A stretch of DNA of 48,535 bases, from the IMG/VR virus record IMGVR_UViG_3300032290_000188, positions 1-48,535 of that record. One strand, given 5' to 3'. Source of the stretch: a virus (Duplodnaviria; Caudoviricetes). The translations under genes were made by a program, and so were the position numbers. This document shows, in pieces, positions 28,808 through 38,230 of the stretch (positions within the stretch are counted from its first letter, which is position 1; every line of letters begins with the position of its first letter). The notes under the pieces are model-generated. The model ran no database searches. It was not told where the DNA came from and was given only the letters and a program-made list of their open reading frames with translations.

Positions 28808-29209
28808 ATGATTCGCTCTCTTCTATCGGTTGTTGCCAGTTTCGCACTCGTTGCTTGCACCGCAAGCGCAGCACCTCCGTCTGATCGGTTGCTTGACGCC
28901 ATCGCAACGGTGGAATCGGGCAACAATCCCGATGCAGTCGGTGACGGTGGTAAGGCAATCGGAGTGTTTCAAATTCATCGGGTGTACTGGCAAGATGCAG
29001 TACAGCACGATCCGAGCATCGGTGGTCGCTACGAGGACTGCCGCGATCCTGAGTACGCTCGCCGCATCGTGATTGCGTACATGGATCGGTACGCTCCTGC
29101 CGATGCTTCAGATGAAACTCTTGCCCGTATTCATAATGGCGGGCCTCGCGGACACAAGAAGTCTGCAACGACTAAGTACTGGAAGAAGGTCAAGAATCAG
29201 TTGAAGTGA
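28808..29209 (+). CDS. Exported lysozyme-superfamily enzyme (i-type/destabilase- or SLT-like)
   Basis: AIATVES, GDGGKAIGVFQIH..YWQDA, ARIHNGGP, TTKYW; N-terminal signal with LVAC lipobox or ASA cleavage site. Confidence 0.82.
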   Translation: MIRSLLSVVASFALVACTASAAPPSDRLLDAIATVESGNNPDAVGDGGKAIGVFQIHRVYWQDAVQHDPSIGGRYEDCRDPEYARRIVIAYMDRYAPADASDETLARIHNGGPRGHKKSATTKYWKKVKNQLK

Positions 29210-29210
29210 C

Positions 29211-29238
29211 TTGCATAGTACGGGTTATGTGCTATGCT
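29211..29238 (+). promoter_or_regulatory. sigma70-like promoter (TTGCAT-N16-TATGCT) for DNA polymerase
   Basis: Intergenic, with TG extension before the -10 box; ATG 29247 has no SD. Confidence 0.68.
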
Positions 29239-29246
29239 TATGAAGT

Positions 29247-31787
29247 ATGAGCAAGTACTACACCAACATTTCTCTGCTTGGCAATCGCATCCTGTTGCGC
29301 GGTGTAGACTCCGCAACAGGATTGCGCTTTAACGAGACACAAGAATACCAGCCAACTCTGTGGGTGCCTAGCAATAAACCAGGCACTCAGTATCGTACTG
29401 TGGACGGCAAGCGGGTTGAACCTGTCCTGCCAGGAACTATGCGCGATTGCAAGGAGTTCATGGATCAGTACGAGGGTGTGCAGGGTTTCGAGATTTTCGG
29501 AAACACGCAGTATCAGTATCAGTTTGCCTACGACTACACTCGCCAGCATTGGAAAGACGACATTCCGTGGTCGATGGATCACATTGATGCCGTTGTGATC
29601 GACATTGAAACCACCTGTGAGTCAGGCTTTCCTCTGCCCGAAGACCCAAACGAAGAGATCAATGTCATTACTCTGTGGCGTAAGGATCGCTACCATTGTT
29701 GGGCGCTTGGAGATGTGCCTGGTGATTTGGATGCAGACGCGCCCGTGGAACTTCATACTTTCAAGCGAGAGCAAGACCTACTTGAATCCTTCTTGGAGTA
29801 CTGGGAGCAGAATCCACCTGATGTAATCACAGGTTGGAACACACGATTCTTTGATCTGCCGTATCTGCACAACCGCATTGTTCGCGTTCTTGGCGACCGC
29901 GAGGTGCTGCGTCTGTCACCGTGGCGTAAGGTGAAAGAGAAGCGTGTGGTTATCAAGCAGCGCGAGACTATCTGCTACGAACTGGTGGGTATCTCATCAC
30001 TTGACTACTTTGAGTTGTACAAGCAGTACACCTTTGTAAACCAAGAGAGTTACAAACTTGACCATATCGCGTTTGTGGAACTAGGCGAACGCAAGTTGTC
30101 GTATGAGGAGTTTGGCTCCATGTCAGACTTCTACAAGCAGAACTTCAAGCGATTCGTGGAGTACAACATCAAGGATGTTGCGCTTGTGCGGCGCCTGGAC
30201 GACAAACTGAAACTGATTGAACTGCAACTGTCGATTGCGTATCTTGCCAAGTGCAACTACGAAGATGTGTTCTCTCAGGTGCGTACATGGGACTGCCTTA
30301 TCCACTCGTACCTGATGGACAACAAGACTGTGATTCCGATGAAGAAGGACTCACGCAAAGACTTCCAGTACGCGGGTGCGTATGTAAAGACTCCTCTGCT
30401 TGGTAGACATGATTGGGTGGTATCGCTTGACTTGAACTCGCTGTATCCGCACCTTATCATGCAGTACAACATCTCGCCCGATACCATTGTGAACCACATC
30501 GGGATGAGCAAGGCAAACACCGTAGACGATCTGCTTGTCCGCAAGGTAGACACCTCGCATCTGCCTGGTCTTGGATACGCCATGGCGGCAAACGGACAAT
30601 GCTTCCGCAAGGACAAGCAGGGATTCTTGCCTGCGCTGATGGATCGTATGTACGAGGATCGCAAGGCAGCAAAGGCGGGTATGATTGCTGCCAAGAAGCA
30701 CAAGGAAACCCTGACCGATCCTGCCGCAAAGCGAGAAGCCGAGAACAAGATTGCGTATTACTCCACCAAACAGATGGCACTCAAGATCGCGCTGAACTCC
30801 GCTTACGGCGCACTTGGTAACGAGTACTTCCGCTTCTTTGACATCAGGCAAGCAGAAGCAATTACGCTTTCGGGGCAACTCAGCATTCGGTGGATTGAGA
30901 ACGCGCTGAATCAGTACATGAATGACTTGCTGAAAACCACAGGCGTTGACTATGTGGTTGCCTCAGACACAGACTCTGTGTATCTGCGTATGGGTGCGCT
31001 TGTGAAGCGCGTGTTCCCAAACGGGGCAGACCATACCAAGATTGTGAACTTCCTGCACAAGTGCGTGGAAGACAAGATCGAACCGTATATTGTGTCTCAG
31101 TACGACTCTCTGGCACGGTACATGAATGCCTACTCAAACAAGATGGTGATGAAGCGCGAGGTGATCGCTGACTCAGGTATTTGGACTGCCAAGAAGCGTT
31201 ACATTTTGAATGTGCATGATTCTGAGGGTGTGCGCTACGCCAAGCCTGCTCTCAAGATCATGGGTATCGAAACTACTCGCTCGTCTACTCCACAGGTCGT
31301 GCGCGATGCTCTTACCAAGGCAATCAACCTGATCCTTACAACCGATCAGGAAACTGTGATTCAGCACATCGAATCGTTCCGCGCTGAGTTCAATCAGATG
31401 CCTCCGCAAGCAATTGCGTTCCCTCGCGGAGTGAAGGGTATGGATAAGTACGCAGACGCTGCCACGCTGTACAAGAAGTCTACCCCACTTCAAGTTCGGG
31501 CGTCGTTGGTTTGGAATCATGCCATCAAGCAACGCAAACTTACACGCAAGTACAAGTCAATCGCCAATCACGACAAGATCAAGTACATTCACCTGCGCGA
31601 GCCAAATCCCATCGGTGAGAATGTGATTGCATTCCCCGACTATCTTCCCAAAGAACTTGACCTTGAGCGATTCATCGACTATGATACGCAGTTCGATAAG
31701 GCGTTCTTGGAACCGCTCAAGACCATCTTGGAAACGGTTGGATGGAGTCACGAACGCAAAGCAACATTGGAGAGTCTATTCGGATGA
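29247..31787 (+). CDS. 43: Family B DNA polymerase gp43
   Basis: DIET exonuclease motif, SLDLNSLYP, KIALNSAYG, SDTDS, KKRY. Confidence 0.98.
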   Translation: MSKYYTNISLLGNRILLRGVDSATGLRFNETQEYQPTLWVPSNKPGTQYRTVDGKRVEPVLPGTMRDCKEFMDQYEGVQGFEIFGNTQYQYQFAYDYTRQHWKDDIPWSMDHIDAVVIDIETTCESGFPLPEDPNEEINVITLWRKDRYHCWALGDVPGDLDADAPVELHTFKREQDLLESFLEYWEQNPPDVITGWNTRFFDLPYLHNRIVRVLGDREVLRLSPWRKVKEKRVVIKQRETICYELVGISSLDYFELYKQYTFVNQESYKLDHIAFVELGERKLSYEEFGSMSDFYKQNFKRFVEYNIKDVALVRRLDDKLKLIELQLSIAYLAKCNYEDVFSQVRTWDCLIHSYLMDNKTVIPMKKDSRKDFQYAGAYVKTPLLGRHDWVVSLDLNSLYPHLIMQYNISPDTIVNHIGMSKANTVDDLLVRKVDTSHLPGLGYAMAANGQCFRKDKQGFLPALMDRMYEDRKAAKAGMIAAKKHKETLTDPAAKREAENKIAYYSTKQMALKIALNSAYGALGNEYFRFFDIRQAEAITLSGQLSIRWIENALNQYMNDLLKTTGVDYVVASDTDSVYLRMGALVKRVFPNGADHTKIVNFLHKCVEDKIEPYIVSQYDSLARYMNAYSNKMVMKREVIADSGIWTAKKRYILNVHDSEGVRYAKPALKIMGIETTRSSTPQVVRDALTKAINLILTTDQETVIQHIESFRAEFNQMPPQAIAFPRGVKGMDKYADAATLYKKSTPLQVRASLVWNHAIKQRKLTRKYKSIANHDKIKYIHLREPNPIGENVIAFPDYLPKELDLERFIDYDTQFDKAFLEPLKTILETVGWSHERKATLESLFG

Positions 31788-33001
31788 GCAACTACACAGT
31801 CATAAACGGCAACTGCCTAGATGAAATGAAGAAACTGCCAGCGAATAGCGTGGACGCTATTGTGTGCGATCCTCCGTATGGCCTGGAGTTCATGGGCAAC
31901 GAATGGGATCGTGGTGTGCCTGGTAAAGACTTTTGGGTGGAAGCGTTGCGAGTTGCAAAGCCTGGAGCGTATCTGCTTGCTTTCAGCGGAACGCGAACCT
32001 ATCACCGTCTTGCCGCTGCAATTGAGGACGCAGGATGGGAAGTGCGCGATATCGTGACATGGGTGAGTAGCAAGACATTTCCCAAGTCGCTTGATGTCAG
32101 CAAGGCAATAGACAAGGCAGCAGGCGCAGAGCGTGAAGTAGTTGGCTACTCCCGTGGCGTGACTGTTGAAGACAATCAAGGTTACGGTGGATTTGCGCGA
32201 GGAGGTGTTGGTATCACACAGAAGGGAGCAGATATCCCCGTTACTAAGGCGGCAACAGACGAAGCAAAGAAGTGGGAAGGTTGGGGCACCGCTCTAAAGC
32301 CTTCTTGTGAACCCATTTGCATGGCGCGAAAGCCACTAGAAGGTACAGTTGCGGAGAATGTACAGAAGTACGGTACGGGTGGTATAAACATCGACGGATG
32401 CCGAGTACCGATGGGTGACGAGTACGACCCCACCAAGATTCAGCGGCAGCAAAACAGCGCAGGTTCTGTAAAGGGCGCGTTTGGTGCCGCTGCTCTTATT
32501 GGCAAAGAGATTCAAACATACAAGCCAGGTGGTAGATGGCCAGCAAACTTGGTGCATGACGGTAGCGAAGAAGTGGTTTCTGAGTTTCCTGTAGATAAGC
32601 CTGGAAAGATGGTACGCAACAGAACTGCTGGCGCACGGATGTTCAACAATAACGGCGAGGACACAGGATACGAAACTGTGGAGGCATTAGACGATCCAGG
32701 CGGATCGCTTGCGCGATTCTTCTATTGTGCCAAGATTTCCAAGGCTGATCGCGGAGAGATGAACGATCATCCCACGGTGAAACCAACCGAACTCATGCGC
32801 TATCTTGTGCGCCTTGTTTGTGCCAAGGGAGGAACTGTACTTGATCCATTCATGGGCAGCGGTTCTACTGGTAAAGGTGCCTTGATGGAAGGATGTAAGT
32901 TTATTGGTATCGAACTGCAAGAGCAATACTGTGAGATCGCCAAGAAACGATTGGGAACTGTAGAGTCTAGTGTTCCTGTGTCGTTGGAGGAACTAATGTG
33001 A
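31784..33001 (+). CDS. DNA N6-adenine/N4-cytosine methyltransferase (beta class)
   Basis: VCDPPYG, GWGTALKP, GRWPAN, HPTVKP, LDPFMGSGSTG. Confidence 0.92.
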   Translation: MSNYTVINGNCLDEMKKLPANSVDAIVCDPPYGLEFMGNEWDRGVPGKDFWVEALRVAKPGAYLLAFSGTRTYHRLAAAIEDAGWEVRDIVTWVSSKTFPKSLDVSKAIDKAAGAEREVVGYSRGVTVEDNQGYGGFARGGVGITQKGADIPVTKAATDEAKKWEGWGTALKPSCEPICMARKPLEGTVAENVQKYGTGGINIDGCRVPMGDEYDPTKIQRQQNSAGSVKGAFGAAALIGKEIQTYKPGGRWPANLVHDGSEEVVSEFPVDKPGKMVRNRTAGARMFNNNGEDTGYETVEALDDPGGSLARFFYCAKISKADRGEMNDHPTVKPTELMRYLVRLVCAKGGTVLDPFMGSGSTGKGALMEGCKFIGIELQEQYCEIAKKRLGTVESSVPVSLEELM

Positions 33002-33255
33002 AAGACATGGAATCAAACTTTGAATGGGCAAAAGCGTGGCAGGAGTACCCTACACGCTGCGTACATTTAACACAGAACGCATACGATTGTGTTCTACATA
33101 CTCTAGAGTCCGCGCTTGAGACAAACCAAGCACTCATCAAAGAGTTGATGAACTCCAAGACTATGAGCGTGGATCGTTTCGATCAGGAAATAGAACGCGG
33201 TGTGCGTCTGAAACTAAGTATTCAAGAACTCAAACGGATAGGAGATAAGGTATGA
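32998..33255 (+). CDS. Hypothetical protein
   Basis: 4-nt overlaps with both neighbours; GGAGG RBS. Confidence 0.6.
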   Translation: MKDMESNFEWAKAWQEYPTRCVHLTQNAYDCVLHTLESALETNQALIKELMNSKTMSVDRFDQEIERGVRLKLSIQELKRIGDKV

Positions 33256-34382
33256 GTGATTTTCTTCGTGGCATGGTGAAGATTTCGGGAAATGAACTAG
33301 CAAACACTCTAGACGATGGACTGAGTGGAGAGGTAAGCGGGTTCATTGATACTGGTTCGTATGCATTCAATGCGCTTCTGAGTGGAAGTCTCTACGGAGG
33401 CATCCCCGACAACAAGATCATTGCTCTTGCTGGCGAATCTGCTACAGGTAAGACCTTCTTTACTCTGAGCATCGTATCCAAGTTTTTGGCAGACAATCCT
33501 GATGGAGTTGCTTTGTACTTTGACTCAGAGCAGGCAGTCACCACAGAGATGTTCAAGTCTCGCGGCATTGATGTGAAGCGCGTTGCTGTGTTTCCTGTAG
33601 GAACGGTTGAGGAATTTAGGCATCAGGCTATTCAGATTGTAGACAACTACCGCGCTCTTCCAAAGGACAAGCAGAAGCCAATGATGATGGTACTGGACTC
33701 TCTTGGAATGCTTTCCACCAAGAAAGAAGTGGAAGATACGGCATCAGGTAAGGATGTGCGCGACATGACTCGCGCACAGGTTGTCAAGGCAACATTCAGA
33801 ACCCTCACTCTCAAAATGGGTGCTGCTGGCATTCCGCTGATTATGACCAATCACACATACGATGTGGTTGGAGCGTATATCCCAACCAAAGAAATGGGCG
33901 GCGGAAGCGGACTCAAGTACGCAGCATCTACCATCGTGTATCTAAGCAAGAAAAAGGTGAAGGATGCCGACAATACTGTGATCGGCAATATCATCCATTG
34001 CAAACTGTACAAGTCTCGACTCACCAAAGAAAACTCTATGGTGGATGTACTTGTGACCTACGATAGTGGACTGAATCCGTACTACGGTCTGCTTGATTTG
34101 GCGTTAGAGTTTGGAATCTTCAAGAAGGTGTCTACGCGCATTGAGTTGCCAGATGGTAGCAAAGCCTTTGAGAAGAACATCAACGAGAATCCTGAGAAGT
34201 ACTTCACGAAAGAGGTAATGGATGAACTGGAAAAGATGGTGGGGCAGCATTTCAAATACGGTTCTGCTTTGGAAAGAGATAGTGATGGACTGGCTGATGC
34301 AGAGGGATCAACTCCCCGACTACTTCGAGAACAACTGGACGGAGAAGGCGGACAACCCTCACCTAAAGGTACACCAATCTGA
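33252..34382 (+). CDS. uvsX: RecA-like recombinase UvsX
   Basis: [45 protein letters not shown]. Confidence 0.96.
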   Translation: MSDFLRGMVKISGNELANTLDDGLSGEVSGFIDTGSYAFNALLSGSLYGGIPDNKIIALAGESATGKTFFTLSIVSKFLADNPDGVALYFDSEQAVTTEMFKSRGIDVKRVAVFPVGTVEEFRHQAIQIVDNYRALPKDKQKPMMMVLDSLGMLSTKKEVEDTASGKDVRDMTRAQVVKATFRTLTLKMGAAGIPLIMTNHTYDVVGAYIPTKEMGGGSGLKYAASTIVYLSKKKVKDADNTVIGNIIHCKLYKSRLTKENSMVDVLVTYDSGLNPYYGLLDLALEFGIFKKVSTRIELPDGSKAFEKNINENPEKYFTKEVMDELEKMVGQHFKYGSALERDSDGLADAEGSTPRLLREQLDGEGGQPSPKGTPI

Positions 34383-34710
34383 GATTACCCGTCAGGTAAA
34401 CGGAAAGCAGTACACCATTCTGCTAGACAGGATGGCGCCTTTTACTCCTATCCGTTTGGAAAACGGAGAGTGGGCAGGAGTCATCTATCATTACGGACGC
34501 ACAAGGCTTTTGGAAGAAGATGATTGCGTTCGTCTGAGTTTCGAGTACTATGTTGTAGAAAACCCAGGCGCGCTGAAGACCGCTGACGCGCAAAGATTCT
34601 TGCAATACATCGGTGACATACTCGCGGATATCATGGAGCATAACTTGAAAAGCGGTAAGAATGCTATTCCGATCATGTCTCAGAATGAGTTAGGATACCT
34701 TGCAGACTGA
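34285..34710 (+). CDS. gp40-like protein (head vertex assembly chaperone position)
   Basis: Lies between uvsX and 41 as gene 40 does in T4; GVIYHYG...LSFEY...IGDIL pattern. Confidence 0.55.
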   Translation: MDWLMQRDQLPDYFENNWTEKADNPHLKVHQSEITRQVNGKQYTILLDRMAPFTPIRLENGEWAGVIYHYGRTRLLEEDDCVRLSFEYYVVENPGALKTADAQRFLQYIGDILADIMEHNLKSGKNAIPIMSQNELGYLAD

Positions 34711-36112
34711 AAAAATCATACTAGGTGCGTTGGCTACAAATGAAGAGTTTGTTCGTGCTGTATTGCCCTTCATAAAGGAAGAGTACTTCAGTACCAAACC
34801 TGAACAGGTGGTATACAAGTGCATCAAGAACTTTGTAGACACCTACAACTCTCAGCCAACCAAAGAAGCATTGGTCATTTGCTTGGACGACACTCGACTG
34901 AATGGTGACGAGCATAAACAATGCGTGTCTCTAATCAATGAGGTGTTCTCCATTGATGAATCCAATGACTTGAAGTGGTTGATTGATCTTGCAGAGAAGT
35001 TCTGCAAGGACAAAGCAGTATACAACGCAGTATTGTCTTCCATTCAGATTCTTGACGGCAAAGACAAGACTTACACCAAGAACGCAATACCGCAACTGCT
35101 GTCCGATGCTCTTGCCGTTTCATTTGATACGGCAGTCGGTCACGATTACATGACAGACTCGCAGAAGCGATACGAGTTCTATCATCGGGTAGAAGAGAAG
35201 ATACCCTTTGATCTTGAGTTCTTTAACAAGATCACTAAAGGTGGTGTTCCTCGCAAAACTCTGAACATTGTGATGGCAGGAACTGGTGTTGGTAAGTCCA
35301 TGTTTATGTGCCATCATGCAGCGTCTTGTCTATGCGCGAACAAGAATGTGCTGTACATTACTTGCGAAATGGCAGAAGAGCGAATCGCCGAGCGCATTGA
35401 CGCAAATCTGATGGACACTTCTCTTGATGAACTGAAGGATTTGCCTAAAGAGACTTACGAGAAGCGTCTAAGCAGAGCGATTAGTGCTGTAAAGGGTAAC
35501 TTGATTATCAAGGAATACCCTACAGCAACTGCAACTGTAGCGCACTTTAGGCACCTGTTGCATGAACTGAAGATCAAGAAGAAGTTTGTGCCAGACATCA
35601 TCTTTGTTGACTACTTGAACATCTGTGCTAGTTCTCGCGTAAAGATGAACTCCAATGTAAACACATATGTCTACATCAAGGCTATTGCCGAGGAACTACG
35701 AGGCCTCGCGGTCGAATACGATGTACCGATCTTTTCAGCAACGCAGACAAACCGTGGTGGATTCAACAACAGCGATGTTGGACTAGAAAATACCTCAGAG
35801 TCGTTTGGTTTGCCAGCAACCGCAGATTTCATGTTTGCTGTGATTCGTACCGAGCAACTTGACTCGCTGAATCAAGTGCTTGTCAAGCAACTAAAGAATC
35901 GTTACGGTGACGAGAATACCAACAAGAAGTTTGTGATGGGAGTGGATCGCTCCAAGATGAAGTTCTATGATGTGGAACAGTCCGCTCAAGATTCTTTAGT
36001 GGATACAGGACAGTCAGAAGACGATGATGATGACGGTTACGGTTCTGGCTACGGTGGAAAGAACTTTGAGCGCAAGTTTGAAAGCAAGAAGTTCGAGAAG
36101 TGGAAGATTTGA
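34700..36112 (+). CDS. 41: Replicative helicase gp41 (TTG start)
   Basis: AGTGVGKS, EMAEERIAERIDAN, VDYLNI, ATQTNR, SESFGLPATAD, KQLKNRY. Confidence 0.97.
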   Translation: MQTEKIILGALATNEEFVRAVLPFIKEEYFSTKPEQVVYKCIKNFVDTYNSQPTKEALVICLDDTRLNGDEHKQCVSLINEVFSIDESNDLKWLIDLAEKFCKDKAVYNAVLSSIQILDGKDKTYTKNAIPQLLSDALAVSFDTAVGHDYMTDSQKRYEFYHRVEEKIPFDLEFFNKITKGGVPRKTLNIVMAGTGVGKSMFMCHHAASCLCANKNVLYITCEMAEERIAERIDANLMDTSLDELKDLPKETYEKRLSRAISAVKGNLIIKEYPTATATVAHFRHLLHELKIKKKFVPDIIFVDYLNICASSRVKMNSNVNTYVYIKAIAEELRGLAVEYDVPIFSATQTNRGGFNNSDVGLENTSESFGLPATADFMFAVIRTEQLDSLNQVLVKQLKNRYGDENTNKKFVMGVDRSKMKFYDVEQSAQDSLVDTGQSEDDDDDGYGSGYGGKNFERKFESKKFEKWKI

Positions 36113-36145
36113 TTCACGCAAAAACGCTGTCAACATAGTGCATTT

Positions 36146-37159
36146 ATGAGTTTTGTAGACAAGAAATACATCGGATACATTGCTAGTTCTCTAGAGCGTT
36201 TCAGTTGGAAGAAAGAAACGCTTGCGAACTGTAGATGTCCTTTCTGCGGAGACTCCGACAAGAACAAGTCCAAGGCGCGCGGCTACTTTTTCCCGTTCAA
36301 AGACAGATGGGTGTATAAGTGCCATAACTGCGGAGTCTCATGCGGTATTCACAATGTACTGAAGCAAGTTGCACCATCTCTTGCCAAAGAGTATGCATTG
36401 GAGTCTTTCAAAGAGAAAAATGGAGTGGTTGCTCCTCCACCCGAAACACCAAAGGTGCAGAAGCCAAAGACTAGAAAGACAAATCCGTTGGATGGATTGC
36501 CTAGACTAGTGGAACTGAGTCCGCAGCACCAAGCAGTACAGTATATTTTGGGTAGAGGATTACCCGAATCGTGCCTAGCCGAACTCATGTATGCCCATGA
36601 TTTCACTAAGGTGGGTAAAAAGATAGACCCCGAATACTTTCCTAACAGTCGCAAAGAAGACCCACGGATTGTGATTCCTTTCTTTGATAGGACTGGCAAC
36701 TTCATTGGTGTGCAGGGCAGAACCATGAATCCGCAGGAGTCTTTGCGGTACATTACCTTGAAGCCGAAGGGACAGACCAAACTTTGGTACGGACTGTGGA
36801 AGGTGGACGCAACACAAAGAGTGTATGTGGTTGAGGGGCCACTAGATAGCATGATCCTACCGAATTGCATAGCAATGGTAGGAGCAAATGCAACAGATGA
36901 TCTGCCAGAGTTTCTTGCTCACAGCGATTTAGTGTTCGTGTTGGACAACGAACCACGGAACAAGCAGATTGTGGAATACAACGAAGAACTCATAGAGATG
37001 GGTAAGCAGGTTTGCATTTGGCCTGATAGCGTGCCGGAAAAAGACATCAATGAAATGTTGGGGTCGCGCTCCGCAGAAAACATCCGCGAGACTATTGATT
37101 CCCATACATACTGTGGACTCTCTGCCAGGGTAAACCTTAATAGATGGAGGCGGATATGA
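36146..37159 (+). CDS. 61: DNA primase gp61
   Basis: CPFCGDS, CHNCG zinc finger, VVEGPLDS TOPRIM, DNEPRN, KDINEM. Confidence 0.96.
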   Translation: MSFVDKKYIGYIASSLERFSWKKETLANCRCPFCGDSDKNKSKARGYFFPFKDRWVYKCHNCGVSCGIHNVLKQVAPSLAKEYALESFKEKNGVVAPPPETPKVQKPKTRKTNPLDGLPRLVELSPQHQAVQYILGRGLPESCLAELMYAHDFTKVGKKIDPEYFPNSRKEDPRIVIPFFDRTGNFIGVQGRTMNPQESLRYITLKPKGQTKLWYGLWKVDATQRVYVVEGPLDSMILPNCIAMVGANATDDLPEFLAHSDLVFVLDNEPRNKQIVEYNEELIEMGKQVCIWPDSVPEKDINEMLGSRSAENIRETIDSHTYCGLSARVNLNRWRRI

Positions 37160-37488
37160 ACGACGATGATATCAGGGACTTTGGAGATTCAGAGGACGAT
37201 CTTCCGCCAGAGGCACAAGCGCAACTTGCTTGGGCAATGATGGAGTTCAACGGTAAGTTTTCAGAGTACATCAAGGAAATGAATCCCGAATTGTGGAAGA
37301 AAGCGGTTGATTACGCCGTGACTTTTACTAAGGTGAATGGTATAACCTTTGAGTATGTGAAGACTGATACCACAGAAGATGTGATTGCTAATGTGGACAT
37401 TGATGAGTTGGATGACATTGATATCGAATATGAAGATGAGGATGATGATGCAGACAAATGGACAGACCTCGAAGACGACGCCCAATGA
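37156..37488 (+). CDS. Acidic hypothetical protein
   Basis: GGAGG RBS, ATGA overlap with primase, D/E-rich tail. Confidence 0.65.
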   Translation: MNDDDIRDFGDSEDDLPPEAQAQLAWAMMEFNGKFSEYIKEMNPELWKKAVDYAVTFTKVNGITFEYVKTDTTEDVIANVDIDELDDIDIEYEDEDDDADKWTDLEDDAQ

Positions 37489-38182
37489 CGCAGTTCCAGT
37501 ACTAGACGGTGGATTTGTACACCTTGTAGATTACATGGGTTCCGATCTGACAGTCGTGAACGCTGCCCGTGTTTCGTTTGCTAAAGAGAGTTCGTGGAAT
37601 GGCGAACGCAGTTGGACTGGCGCTCAAAAAGAAGTGTTATCCGAGCGCGACAAGAAACTGATCGCGTATCTTGCCAAACACAATCATTGGACGCCTTTCG
37701 CACATCCGCAAATTACTCTGCGAATCAAGGCGCCAATTTCCATCCGAACACAGTTCTTTAAGCACAAGCAGGGATTTGTGGAAAACGAAATCTCTAGACG
37801 CTATGTGCAGGATGAACCCACCATCTACATTCCAAGATGGCGCGGCGCGCCTACTGGTGGTGCCAAGCAAGGTAGTGAAGACTTTCTTACTGGAAACACT
37901 TTGCTTGACGAGGTTTATCGTAATCTTGCAGATGATGCAATGGAAGCGTACAAGACACTTCTTGCCGAAGGTGTCGCACCTGAGCAAGCACGATTTGTTT
38001 TGCCACAGGGAACATACACCGAATGGTTTTGGACAGGTTCTCTTGCCGCATATGGCCGCTTCTACAAGCAACGAATAGACTCTCACGCGCAATGGGAGAT
38101 TAGGCAATATGCTGCCGCAGTTGGCTCAATCATACAGCCGCTGTTCCCCGAATCGTGGAAGACGCTCACGGAATCCGCTTGA
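37448..38182 (+). CDS. thyX: Flavin-dependent thymidylate synthase
   Basis: VVNAARVSF, HWTPF, KHK...NEISRRY, PEQARFVLP, HAQWEI; start chosen from the GAGG RBS. Confidence 0.95.
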   Translation: MQTNGQTSKTTPNDAVPVLDGGFVHLVDYMGSDLTVVNAARVSFAKESSWNGERSWTGAQKEVLSERDKKLIAYLAKHNHWTPFAHPQITLRIKAPISIRTQFFKHKQGFVENEISRRYVQDEPTIYIPRWRGAPTGGAKQGSEDFLTGNTLLDEVYRNLADDAMEAYKTLLAEGVAPEQARFVLPQGTYTEWFWTGSLAAYGRFYKQRIDSHAQWEIRQYAAAVGSIIQPLFPESWKTLTESA

Positions 38183-38230
38183 CGGAACTCTGTAAGCGCA
38201 TACCTATAACACAAACTAATGGAGACACGC

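Noticed and set aside
34285-34382. ~98-nt overlap of the uvsX tail with the gp40-like ORF as a programmed frameshift
   Set aside because: No slippery site seen; more simply a non-conserved C-terminal extension or a later true start
37385-37447. Met-rich N-terminal extension of ThyX
   Set aside because: An artefact of reading the upstream gene's GAT/GAA acidic codons in another frame
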